Positions 56,018 through 64,000 of a stretch of DNA of 64,000 nt are shown one piece after another. Below the pieces are notes generated by a model. It saw only the letters and a list, made by a program, of their open reading frames with translations, searched no databases and was not told the origin of the DNA. The stretch spans positions 384,998 through 448,997 of the forward strand of contig OZ242337.1 of the NCBI GenBank assembly GCA_965208435.1, in the 5' to 3' direction. The stretch's first letter is position 1; the number at the start of each line of letters is the position of its first letter. The position numbers and the translations under genes were made by a program. Source of the DNA: Candidatus Aldehydirespiratoraceae bacterium. GTDB taxonomy: Bacteria > Actinomycetota > Acidimicrobiia > Acidimicrobiales > Aldehydirespiratoraceae.

Positions 56018-56779
56018 ATGCCCTTAGTCACCACAGAGGTTCACGACCGGGTCGCGGTGCTCACGCTCAACGACCCCGACAAACGCAACGCCATCACCCT
56101 GGCCATGAACGGCGAGATCGCCGCCGCGCTCGACGAGTGGGAGGCAGACGACGGCATCGGCGCGGTGGTCGTGACCGGCGCCCCTCCGGCGTTCTGTGCC
56201 GGCGCAGACCTTGACGATCTCCTCGCCGACCAGGGGCCGGCCGGAATGCAGAGGATCTACGAGGGGTTCCTGCGGATCGCCCACTGCCCAATGCCGACAG
56301 TCGCCGCGGTCAACGGTGCCGCGGTCGGAGCCGGGTTCAATCTGGTGCTGGCCTGTGACATCGTCGTCGCGGCACACCGGAGAGCCCGTTTCGATTCCCG
56401 CTTCCTGCAGATCGGGCTTCATCCCGGCGGCGGCCACACCTGGCGTCTGCGTTCCATCACGAGCCGACAGACCGCGCTGGCGATGGTCCTGTTCGGGGAG
56501 GTCGTGGGAAGCGAGCAGGCTCTCGACCTCGGCCTCGTCTGGAAGGTCGTCGACGACGACGAACTGCTTTCGGAGTGCTTGACGCTGGCAGCACGAGCCG
56601 CGGCTCAACCCAAGGATCTGACGGCTCGAACCAAGGCCACGATCCTGACGCTCGACACCATCAGCGAATCGAACCAGTCCGTAGAGCACGAACTCCACCC
56701 TCAGCTCTGGTCGATGGGCGAACCGGCGTTCCGGAGCCTCGTCGAGAGCCTTCAGAAGCAGATCAGCTCCAAGGACTGA
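56018..56779 (+). CDS. Enoyl-CoA hydratase/isomerase family protein
   Basis: Starts MPLVTTEVHDRVAVLTLNDPDKRNA; FCAGADL oxyanion-hole motif. Confidence 0.9.
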   Translation: MPLVTTEVHDRVAVLTLNDPDKRNAITLAMNGEIAAALDEWEADDGIGAVVVTGAPPAFCAGADLDDLLADQGPAGMQRIYEGFLRIAHCPMPTVAAVNGAAVGAGFNLVLACDIVVAAHRRARFDSRFLQIGLHPGGGHTWRLRSITSRQTALAMVLFGEVVGSEQALDLGLVWKVVDDDELLSECLTLAARAAAQPKDLTARTKATILTLDTISESNQSVEHELHPQLWSMGEPAFRSLVESLQKQISSKD

Positions 56780-56785
56780 GCCTTC

Positions 56786-58372
56786 GTGGAGCTCGAGGCT
56801 GAGATCGAGGTCGACGAGACGACCGGCCTGATCAGACGCGAACCGCCTCGCCCGTATCCGATCGGGCCGAGCACCCTTGCCGCGCTCCTCGACGGCCCCC
56901 TCGAGCACTTCGCAGAGCGGATCGCGCTGATCGACGACGAACGCCAGTGGACATTCGCGGAACTGGACCGCAGCGTCGCGGGGGCCGCTGCGGCTCTGGC
57001 ATCACTGGGTGTGGGTCGCGGCGATCGGGTCGCCTGGTCACTGCCGAACTGCGCCGAAGTGCCGATCGGATTCCTCGCCACCCAGCGCCTCGCGGCTGTC
57101 TGGCTCGGGATCAACACCAACCTCGCTGCGCCAGAGAAGGCCCACCTTCTCAACGACTCGGAAACGAGCCTGTGGATCACCGAGGGCGACAGCGACACCG
57201 CATCGGACGACACCTCGTTCGACGGGGCTGTGGTCAGCGCGTCCGAATACAACGATGCAGTCTCAGCGGCGGACCCCGCAGACGCTCCCCGCCCCCGGAT
57301 CGACCCCCACGCGCCGGCGGCGATCGCCTACACCTCGGGCACCACCGGAGTGCCCAAGGGTGCCGTCCACAGCCAGCACAACCTCCTGTGGCCCGGGCTG
57401 ATCACGTTGGGCACCCACCCGCCCAAGCCGACCGACCGCCAGGGCACTCCGCTGGCCCACACGATCCTCAACATGCTGATCCTCGGTGTCGTGTCTGCCT
57501 GGACACGGGGAACCACCGGCGTGGTCCTGCATCGCGGCGATCCGGAGGGCTTCTGCGCAGAGGTGGCGCGCAACCGACTCACAAGGACCACTCTGGTGCC
57601 GACGCAACTCCATGATCTCGTGCACAGCGACGGTGTCGATCCGGCCGACCTCGCCTCACTCGAGTCGATCCTCGTCGGCGGTGCCGCCACTTTGGCCAAG
57701 ACCCGCCGCGCCTTCGCCGAGAAGTTCAATATCCGGGCGCTCATGGGTTACGGGCTCTCTGAGGCTCCCACGGGAATTGTGCGGGAGACGATCGACGAAC
57801 CCATCGACGACTCGGCCACCGGCTACGCACTGGACCTGCTCGAAGCGGTGATCGTCGACGGGACCGATCAAGAGCTGCCGGTCGACCAACCCGGCGAGAT
57901 CTGTCTGCGCCCCGTGAGCACGGGACCGTGGGCCGGTAGTTGGACTCCGACGCTCGGCTATTGGCGCCGCCCCGACGCGACACGGGAGCTGCTCCGAGGC
58001 AACATTCTGCACACCGGCGACATAGGGGAACTCGACCGCAACGGGCGCCTGACGGTGAGCGGCCGCCAATCCGAGGTGATCCTGAGAGGCGGGGCCAACG
58101 TGTCACCCACCGAGGTCGAGAAGGTCCTGCTCGGCCATCCCGACGTGGTCGATGCCGTGGTCTACGGCATCGCCGATGAGCGTCTCGGTGAGCGGGTGGC
58201 CGCAGCAATCGTCACGGGAACCTCGCGACCGGACCCCGACGAACTGCGCGCGCACCTCGCCCGGCACTTGGCCCGCTACAAGATCCCAGACGAGATTCAC
58301 GTGCTCGACCGGCTGCCCCGCAACTCGATGGGCAAAGTCCAGAAATCCGAGCTGAGAACGTGCGCGGATTGA
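56786..58372 (+). CDS. AMP-dependent acyl-CoA synthetase/ligase
   Basis: 528 aa; AMP-binding motif IAYTSGTTGVPKGAV, GYGLSE, TGDIGELD. Confidence 0.9.
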   Translation: MELEAEIEVDETTGLIRREPPRPYPIGPSTLAALLDGPLEHFAERIALIDDERQWTFAELDRSVAGAAAALASLGVGRGDRVAWSLPNCAEVPIGFLATQRLAAVWLGINTNLAAPEKAHLLNDSETSLWITEGDSDTASDDTSFDGAVVSASEYNDAVSAADPADAPRPRIDPHAPAAIAYTSGTTGVPKGAVHSQHNLLWPGLITLGTHPPKPTDRQGTPLAHTILNMLILGVVSAWTRGTTGVVLHRGDPEGFCAEVARNRLTRTTLVPTQLHDLVHSDGVDPADLASLESILVGGAATLAKTRRAFAEKFNIRALMGYGLSEAPTGIVRETIDEPIDDSATGYALDLLEAVIVDGTDQELPVDQPGEICLRPVSTGPWAGSWTPTLGYWRRPDATRELLRGNILHTGDIGELDRNGRLTVSGRQSEVILRGGANVSPTEVEKVLLGHPDVVDAVVYGIADERLGERVAAAIVTGTSRPDPDELRAHLARHLARYKIPDEIHVLDRLPRNSMGKVQKSELRTCAD

Positions 58373-58401
58373 ACAGTGGGTTGCGCTGGTACCGGTTGTT
58401 T

Positions 58402-58495
58402 CCCGCTCTTGTTCGCTACGCTCACGGGCCGCTCGGGCCACGGCCTCGCTCGGTCGCGGTAGTGTTCGGGACCGATCCGCTCGGCCTCTAGGGGC
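58402..58495. repeat. Dispersed GC-rich intergenic repeat
   Basis: CCCGCTCTTGTTCGCTACGCTCACGGGCCGCTCGGGCCACGGCCTCGCTC...ATCCGCTCGGCCTCTAGGGG. The 3' module contains the stop codon of the minus-strand GNAT gene. Confidence 0.8.
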
Positions 58496-59120
58496 GCTCG
58501 GCGATCCACTCCGCGACTAGATCGTCGGAGCGCTCGTTCCATTCCTCGACGGTGAACCCGTAACGAATGTGGTCCTCCCATACGCCGTTGATCTCCAGGT
58601 ACCTGACCGCTGTTCCCTCGTCACGCAGCTTGAGCTTCTCGACGACCCTGTGGCTGGCCGAGTTCCTCGGCACGATCGCCACCTGGATCCGGTGCAGGCG
58701 CAACTCCTCGAAGGCGAACCGGGCCGCCACGACAAGCGCCTCGGGCATGTAGCCGTTGCCTGCGAGGGTCTCGTCGATCCAGTACCCGACGTAGCAGGAC
58801 TGGAAGGGGCCCCGCTGGATCGAGTTGAGATTGATCTCACCGGCGAACGCGCCATCGACGAAGATCCCGAAGCTGTGGCCGGACCCCCGCTGCCGTTCAC
58901 GATGGCGCGCCGAGCAGCGATTGGCGAAGGCCGTGCGGTCCTCCACGACGTCCGGCGCCCCGCTGAGACGCTGCGGTTCCCATCGTGTCAACCACTCCCG
59001 GTTGCGGCGACGCACCTCCTGCCAGACACCGAAGTCGTTCACTTCCAGGGGCCGAAGCAGCACCCGACGGCCAGACAGTGACCCCGGCACCTTCATGACC
59101 TGGACTTTAGCATCGACCAA
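58488..59120 (-). CDS. GNAT family N-acetyltransferase (RimJ/RimL-like)
   Basis: 210 aa; typical RimJ-like layout (LLRPLEVNDFGVWQEV..., GYWIDETLAGNGYMPEAL, LHRIQVAIVPRNSASHRVVEKL). Confidence 0.85.
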   Translation of the reverse strand: MVDAKVQVMKVPGSLSGRRVLLRPLEVNDFGVWQEVRRRNREWLTRWEPQRLSGAPDVVEDRTAFANRCSARHRERQRGSGHSFGIFVDGAFAGEINLNSIQRGPFQSCYVGYWIDETLAGNGYMPEALVVAARFAFEELRLHRIQVAIVPRNSASHRVVEKLKLRDEGTAVRYLEINGVWEDHIRYGFTVEEWNERSDDLVAEWIAERP

Positions 59121-59258
59121 CGACCCAAAGCAGGTTCACGACCGAAGCACAGGACTGGGCATCGGGTCACTCAGATCCGCGTGTCGAGGGCAAATTCCAA
59201 GAAATTCAAGATTTTTTGCAACAAAACCCTCCCAGGCGACAAGTAACAGGTGAAGACA

Positions 59259-59672
59259 ATGGCAAAAGCTGCTGTAACGCACTATTTTGGATCCATCAAA
59301 TTCAACTGGGAAGACCCGCCACAGATCGACGTGACCACCACCAAGTCATCGGTCCGCTGGCGACAGACACAGGGGTCGTCGTGTTTGAGCGGGGCAAACT
59401 TTGAGGCTCACTGGGGTTGGTACTCTCCAACGGGCTGGAGCCGTGAGACATCTAGTTGGCAGCACGACTTCGACTGTGGATACGCGAGCATGAACACCTA
59501 TGCCACATACCACAACTCGGCGTTCTGTCCGACGGCCGCAACCGATACCGATCACTACAACACCTTCTTCTCGGGGAAGCCGAACGGCGCATGGTACGTT
59601 CAATGGGGAGCCAGCAAGTCTGGGGGATGCACAAACCTGCTCAGCCCCGAACACATCATCGTTCATCCCTAG
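59259..59672 (+). CDS. Hypothetical Trp/Tyr/Cys-rich soluble protein, no recognisable family
   Basis: 137 aa from ATG 59259 (AGGTGA SD 6 nt upstream; GTG 59250 is the alternative). No signal peptide or TM seen; 4 Cys; AT-richer than flanks. Confidence 0.5.
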   Translation: MAKAAVTHYFGSIKFNWEDPPQIDVTTTKSSVRWRQTQGSSCLSGANFEAHWGWYSPTGWSRETSSWQHDFDCGYASMNTYATYHNSAFCPTAATDTDHYNTFFSGKPNGAWYVQWGASKSGGCTNLLSPEHIIVHP

Positions 59673-59677
59673 GGAGG

Positions 59678-59980
59678 ATGGAGGCGGCAATGCCATCAAG
59701 CGGATCACCTTTGAGGCAACTCGTCAACGACCGGTCCGGTACGGCTATGCCATGGCTTCTTTGTGGCGCAGCTTGTGGGTTCGGCCTCACAACTCTTTCC
59801 ATCGGTCTTGCTGTGGCTGCCGGATTCGCCCTGTTCACCGTGGGAATGGTGCGTCGTCGCGCCGATGCGTACGGGATGTTCACCATCGGGTTCGGGTTCG
59901 GATTCGCAGCGTACATGGTGTTGGCGATCGCTATTTCTCTTCTTGGCGACGGTCCCAGCTTCGGGGAAAGAGGTTCCTGA
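59678..59980 (+). CDS. Hypothetical small membrane protein (about 3 TM helices)
   Basis: Starts 5 nt (ATG 59678) or 17 nt (ATG 59690) after the upstream stop, next to AGGGAGG. PWLLCGAACGFGLTTLSIGLAVAAGFALFTVGMV and MFTIGFGFGFAAYMVLAIAISLL are hydrophobic helices. Confidence 0.5.
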   Translation: MEAAMPSSGSPLRQLVNDRSGTAMPWLLCGAACGFGLTTLSIGLAVAAGFALFTVGMVRRRADAYGMFTIGFGFGFAAYMVLAIAISLLGDGPSFGERGS

Positions 59981-59988
59981 CTAAACGG

Positions 59989-60897
59989 CTAGTCCAGCAG
60001 GGAGAAGGCGAGGCCGTCGAGGATGTCGCTCTCGGAGACGAGGCATTCCTCGAAACCGAAGTAGCGCATGACCCTCACCAGGATGCACATGCCCCCCACG
60101 ATCACATCGACGCGGCCCTCCTCGAGCCCCGGGTTGTGGCGACGGTCCTCACGCGATTCGGTCACGAGCGTGCGGTACACGTCCTCGGCAGCTTGTTTGC
60201 TCAACCTGAAGTGGTGGATCTGATCGCGGTCGTATTCTGCCAGCCCGATCTCAACGGCCGCCGCCGCCGACACCGTGCCTGCCAGTCCAACGAAGGTCTT
60301 GGCCTGCAACGACACCGGAATCAGCCGGACAACATCATCGAGGTGGGCTTCTGTGATCGACAGGCAGGCCAACAGCTCCTCGGGTGCTGGAGGGTCCGAC
60401 TCGATGTACTTCTCGGTCAGCCGGACACACCCGATGTCGACCGAAAGTGCCGCTTCGCATTCGGTGAGCCCGTAGGCGAACTCGGTGGAGCCGCCACCGA
60501 TGTCGACCACCAGGAACGGCCCGTCGTCGGGATCGAGCTCAGCGGTCGCCCCGGCGAACGACAGCCTGCCCTCCTCTGAACCGGAGAGCAGTTCGGGGCG
60601 GCTTCCGATTACCGCTTCAGCCGCGTCGAAGAACTCGTCGCGGTTTTGGGCATCGCGGGCCGCCGAGGTCGCGGTGATGCGGACCCGTTCAACTCCATGG
60701 CGGTCCATCACCTGGCGGTAGCCCTCGAGGCACTGGACTGTGCGGTCGATCGCCTCGGGCGCAAGCCGTCTGGTGGAGTCGACTCCCTGACCGAGCCGGG
60801 TGATGGTCATATGCCGTTCCAGCGTTGTGGTCCCATCATGCACCAACAGGCGCGTCGAGTTGGTTCCGCAGTCGATGGCGGCCACGGGCCTGGTCAC
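59989..60897 (-). CDS. ppx: Exopolyphosphatase / guanosine pentaphosphate phosphohydrolase family protein
   Basis: 302 aa; AAIDCGTNSTRLLV and VVDIGGGSTEF motifs. Confidence 0.9.
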   Translation of the reverse strand: MTRPVAAIDCGTNSTRLLVHDGTTTLERHMTITRLGQGVDSTRRLAPEAIDRTVQCLEGYRQVMDRHGVERVRITATSAARDAQNRDEFFDAAEAVIGSRPELLSGSEEGRLSFAGATAELDPDDGPFLVVDIGGGSTEFAYGLTECEAALSVDIGCVRLTEKYIESDPPAPEELLACLSITEAHLDDVVRLIPVSLQAKTFVGLAGTVSAAAAVEIGLAEYDRDQIHHFRLSKQAAEDVYRTLVTESREDRRHNPGLEEGRVDVIVGGMCILVRVMRYFGFEECLVSESDILDGLAFSLLD

Positions 60898-61388
60898 AGC
60901 AGCTCCGATGAACTGGCGTCGCCCTGGAGAGACCCGGCGTCTGCCCCAGCGACCAACTGCTCAGCCACCCAGCGGCCGACCGGGTCGTCGCCTCCGGCAA
61001 GAAACCAGGCGTAGTGGGCGTGGAGACACTTGACGCCGCGGCGTGTGCCACCGACGCCACCGGAGGGCCGGGGGCCGCTATGAGCGCGGTCGATAGCGGC
61101 GTCGCGCTCCGCGGCATAGCGGGCGTGGGCTTCGGCCAGTTCGACGGCATCGACAGCCGCCTCGGCCTGTCGAACTCCGCCCGCAGACTCCAGGCGACCG
61201 ACGGCACGGCGAGGCTCCTCGCCCACCAGCCAGTAGCGGGTCGGCATCGGACGGCCATTGTTCAGCACAGGCGCATTGCATATCACGACCGGGTCGCCCG
61301 CGTCGTCGACGACAACGATCTCAAAGTGCCCTTCAGGTTCCCGCCCGAGCAGCTCCGCTACCCGCCTGCGCTGCGCCGGGGTTGTCAC
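60894..61388 (-). CDS. DUF501 domain protein
   Basis: 164 aa; PMPTRYWLV and GGTRRGVKCLHAHYAWFLAGG are typical of DUF501. Overlaps the ppx start. Confidence 0.8.
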   Translation of the reverse strand: MTTPAQRRRVAELLGREPEGHFEIVVVDDAGDPVVICNAPVLNNGRPMPTRYWLVGEEPRRAVGRLESAGGVRQAEAAVDAVELAEAHARYAAERDAAIDRAHSGPRPSGGVGGTRRGVKCLHAHYAWFLAGGDDPVGRWVAEQLVAGADAGSLQGDASSSELL

Positions 61389-62125
61389 CGCGAGCGACGC
61401 AGCAACCGCCGCAGCAGCAAAAATGCAACAACCACTGCAGCCAGCGTCACCACCCGTTTCAGCACCGGCACACCGGCAGCTTCGATCAGGTCGATCGCCT
61501 CCGGTTCTGGCATATCAATCTTGCGGACCCCGTCACTCGCTGCGGAAGACTTCCCCGCAGTCGTCGCGCCTTCCCCAGCATCGTCGACCTGCTCGGACTC
61601 GGCCGGCTCAGACTCGGCCGGCTCGGACTGGGCCGGTTCAGGCTCGGCCTGTTCAGGCTCGGCGGGATCGTCGCTACTGTCCTCTGCGAGCATGTCGGCA
61701 AGATTCTCGGCGAACTGGTCCATCAGGGTGGCGCTCACGTCGGCCATCACGCCTCGCCCGAACTGGGCGAACTTCCCGGTGATCTTCATGTCTGTGTCGA
61801 CGTTGACTCTGGTGATCGAATCGGAGACGGGTTCCAGCTTGGCTGTGATCAGCGCGCTGGCGTTCCCCGCTCCCCGTGTGTCGCGGCCCTTGCCGCTCAG
61901 CACCGCCTTGTGGTCCTGGTCGTTGCGCTCCACGAAGTTCGCGGCGCCCTTGAACTGGGCGGTGATCGGCCCCACCTTCACCTTGACGAAACCGCGGTAG
62001 TCGTCGCCTTCAACCTCTGTGAGCTGCGCCCCGGGCAGGCACGGGGCGATCCGTTCCAGGTCGGTCAACACGGCCCACGCCTCATCGATCGGTCGGGCCA
62101 CTTCGAAAGTGTTGTTCAGGTCCAT
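61385..62125 (-). CDS. SRPBCC/CoxG-family protein with acidic repeat linker and C-terminal TM anchor
   Basis: N-terminal FEVARPIDEAWAVLTDLERIAPCLPGAQL...GPITAQFKGAA (CoxG-like), AEPEQAEPEPAQSEPAESEPAESE repeats, C-terminal VVTLAAVVVAFLLL. Confidence 0.8.
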   Translation of the reverse strand: MDLNNTFEVARPIDEAWAVLTDLERIAPCLPGAQLTEVEGDDYRGFVKVKVGPITAQFKGAANFVERNDQDHKAVLSGKGRDTRGAGNASALITAKLEPVSDSITRVNVDTDMKITGKFAQFGRGVMADVSATLMDQFAENLADMLAEDSSDDPAEPEQAEPEPAQSEPAESEPAESEQVDDAGEGATTAGKSSAASDGVRKIDMPEPEAIDLIEAAGVPVLKRVVTLAAVVVAFLLLRRLLRRSR

Positions 62126-62712
62126 AGTCGCAGATCCTCCAGTGTGTCGACATCGGCTGAGTCGCCATCACAGGGTATCGACTCAACCATCTCGGGACGT
62201 TCGCGCCACAGCGCTCGTGCTCCCTCGTCTCCCGATACGGGCAGCGACGCCCACATCGCCGCTGACAGGCGCACAGGAGGGCGGTGTCCCTCGCCGAAGT
62301 CCGCTGCCGCAAGGTCGGCTTCGCTCTCCCCCACCGCCTGCCACGCCGCCGCGCCGACACCGGGCTGGTCACCCAGACCGACCACGATCGCCTTGTGCCC
62401 CCTGGCCGCAGCGTAGGTGACCGCGCCCCGCAGCGAGGTCGACTGGCCGTGGTCCCAATGCTCGTTGTGGATGATCGTCACGTCTTGCGGCATGACCTCT
62501 GTGAGGTCCACACACCCCGAGACGACGATCACCTCATCGAACCCGGCGCCCCGAGCCGCGTCGACGGCATGGCACACGATCGGCTTCCCCCGGACCTCGG
62601 TGAGCAGCTTGTGCTCCTCGCCGAAAAAGCGTGAACCGGCCCCCGCGGCAAGCACAACCGCTGCCGTCGTCACCACATCACGGTCGGGGTCAGAGCCAGT
62701 CTGGGTTGTCAT
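62116..62712 (-). CDS. MobA-like NTP transferase (molybdenum cofactor cytidylyl/guanylyltransferase family)
   Basis: 198 aa; VVLAAGAGSRF...K signature. Confidence 0.8.
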   Translation of the reverse strand: MTTQTGSDPDRDVVTTAAVVLAAGAGSRFFGEEHKLLTEVRGKPIVCHAVDAARGAGFDEVIVVSGCVDLTEVMPQDVTIIHNEHWDHGQSTSLRGAVTYAAARGHKAIVVGLGDQPGVGAAAWQAVGESEADLAAADFGEGHRPPVRLSAAMWASLPVSGDEGARALWRERPEMVESIPCDGDSADVDTLEDLRLWT

Positions 62713-62763
62713 TGTCCCAGTGTGGCAGCACCAAAGAGCAGCGATGCGCCTAACGTGTCACCA

Positions 62764-63264
62764 ATGAGTGATTCCGTCGACTCCACATCCTCGCCGAGTG
62801 TCCCGGAGCCTCCGTTGGTTCGGGTCAACCTCCTGGTCGCCGACGCCGCCCAGGTGGCCGACAGCAAGCTCTACATTCTCGGGGGAGGGCTCACCGCGGT
62901 GGGTCCGCGTCCCCAGCCGATGGGGGTCGCGATCCGGATCGAGGTGCCCTGGGACCGGGCCAACGTCTCCCACGAGTGGCGTATCGAACTGCTCGACGAG
63001 GACGGGCATCCGCTGATGGTCGGTGAGCGGCCGCTGGTCGTGCAGGGCAACTTTGAGGCTGGTCGCCCTGTCGGGTTGCGTCCCGGCACACCGCTGTGCG
63101 TCCCCCTGGCGATCAACTTCCCGACGATCCCGGTAACGCCCGGAAAGAGCTACACCTGGCAACTCTCAATCAACGGTGCCACGCACTCCGACTGGTGCCA
63201 GAGTTTCTTCGTCAGACTGCCCAAACAGTCCGGCTCTCCGAGCACACCGGGCTCAAACCGCTGA
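62764..63264 (+). CDS. Hypothetical protein
   Basis: Coding-like beta-rich sequence (LVRVNLLVADAAQVADSKLYILGGGL...). No family recognised. Start is ATG 62764 or GTG 62722. Confidence 0.45.
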   Translation: MSDSVDSTSSPSVPEPPLVRVNLLVADAAQVADSKLYILGGGLTAVGPRPQPMGVAIRIEVPWDRANVSHEWRIELLDEDGHPLMVGERPLVVQGNFEAGRPVGLRPGTPLCVPLAINFPTIPVTPGKSYTWQLSINGATHSDWCQSFFVRLPKQSGSPSTPGSNR

Positions 63265-63436
63265 ACACACCCGGACCCGGTTGGCATCGCCATGACGGTG
63301 GAGGTGCGGGAGAGGGGGCAGCGACCCAACCGCCGCCTGGCCGCCTGTTCACATGGGGCTGTTCAGCAATATCGACAGCCCGCCTCGGGATCCTGTCTCT
63401 TCCGGCTGCGCCGGATTCCGTCGTCGATTAGAGGCA

Positions 63437-63568
63437 GCGCGGATAGGCGCTGGCCTGCGGGAACGCCCGAACTCCGGGCCATGGCTGCGATTTCCTGACC
63501 TGCGGCTTTGCCTCCACCGATCAAAGTCGAAACCAGAATCTTTCAAGACGCGTCTCGCCTATCCGCGC
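63437..63568. repeat. 13-bp perfect long-range inverted repeat bracketing about 106 nt
   Basis: GCGCGGATAGGCG (63437-63449) and CGCCTATCCGCGC (63556-63568), in the spacer before the Calx-beta gene stop. Confidence 0.7.
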
Positions 63569-63574
63569 ACGTTC

Positions 63575-64000
63575 TTAGTCGTCGTCGATGATGGTCATGG
63601 TCCCTTCCTCGCGTTCCAGCGTCGCGCCAGTCGGGGAGGAGAGCGTCACCGTGAAGACTTCGTCCGGTTCGTCCCTGGAATCCTGATTCAGCCACACGGC
63701 TCCCGTGCCGCTGGTCTCGCCGGCTCGAATCAGGATCTCTCCTCTCGCATGCCAGAAGTCGTGAGTGTAGCCCTGACCGCCGCGTGCCCGGTTTGCGCTT
63801 TGCGAATGACTGGTAGCCCACTGCACCGTGACGTCCTCATTCGACGCCTCGGAAAGGGTCACTCGGAACACCAGGTCCGAAGCGCTTTCCGATGCGGAAG
63901 CGTCCTCTATGGAAATGGTTATCGCGGTCTCCACCGGCGGATCGTCATCGTCGGCCACGCCGACCGTTGCGGTCTTGACTGTGCCGAGGTCGTAATCGGA
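63575..64000 (-). CDS. Calx-beta domain protein, C-terminal part (5' end beyond window)
   Basis: Two Calx-beta-like units (IRAGETSGTGAVWLNQDSRDEPDEVFTVTLSSPTGATL). The frame stays open to the window edge. Confidence 0.7.
   Translation of the reverse strand, partial: SDYDLGTVKTATVGVADDDDPPVETAITISIEDASASESASDLVFRVTLSEASNEDVTVQWATSHSQSANRARGGQGYTHDFWHARGEILIRAGETSGTGAVWLNQDSRDEPDEVFTVTLSSPTGATLEREEGTMTIIDDD

Overview
High-GC (roughly 65% by eye) chromosome segment of actinobacterial type. About 6-25 kb is one long minus-strand housekeeping array (tig-clpP-clpX-folC-ndk-mreBCD-pbp2-rodA-radical SAM pair-rne-rplU-rpmA-obg-proB), flanked on the left by a MoxR/VWA pair, proA, murJ and a pspA-like gene. 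A tRNA-Gly(TCC) at 25.4 kb is followed by an excisionase-type HTH gene and a complete Gram-positive style Tad/Flp pilus locus (26.0-33.1 kb). Next come cysM-mec, then smpB. smpB is separated from its partner tmRNA gene (ssrA, 42105-42491) by about 7 kb. That interval holds a lower-GC orphan 750-aa N6-type DNA methyltransferase and a LysR-controlled oxidative cluster (desaturase-Rieske fusion, HD-domain protein, P450). The interval between the inward-facing 3' ends of ssrA and tRNA-Leu(TAA) (42.5-51.8 kb) is a mosaic. It has a frameshifted McrB-like GTPase with no McrC next to ssrA, then cysH and an ATP-grasp/alpha-E/transglutaminase triad, then a lower-GC methyltransferase plus putative PD-(D/E)XK endonuclease pair next to the tRNA. 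The right third is metabolic and housekeeping genes, interrupted by a visibly AT-richer two-gene cassette of unknown function (59.2-60.0 kb). Non-coding observations: a dispersed GC-rich intergenic repeat family at 4 loci, several short tandem duplications at gene boundaries, a T-free C-rich (G4-prone) tract, an LTTR-type box, and an AT-rich palindrome upstream of cysH. I saw no CRISPR array, integrase or transposase. All calls rest on reading the translated ORFs and the sequence by eye; no database search was run.
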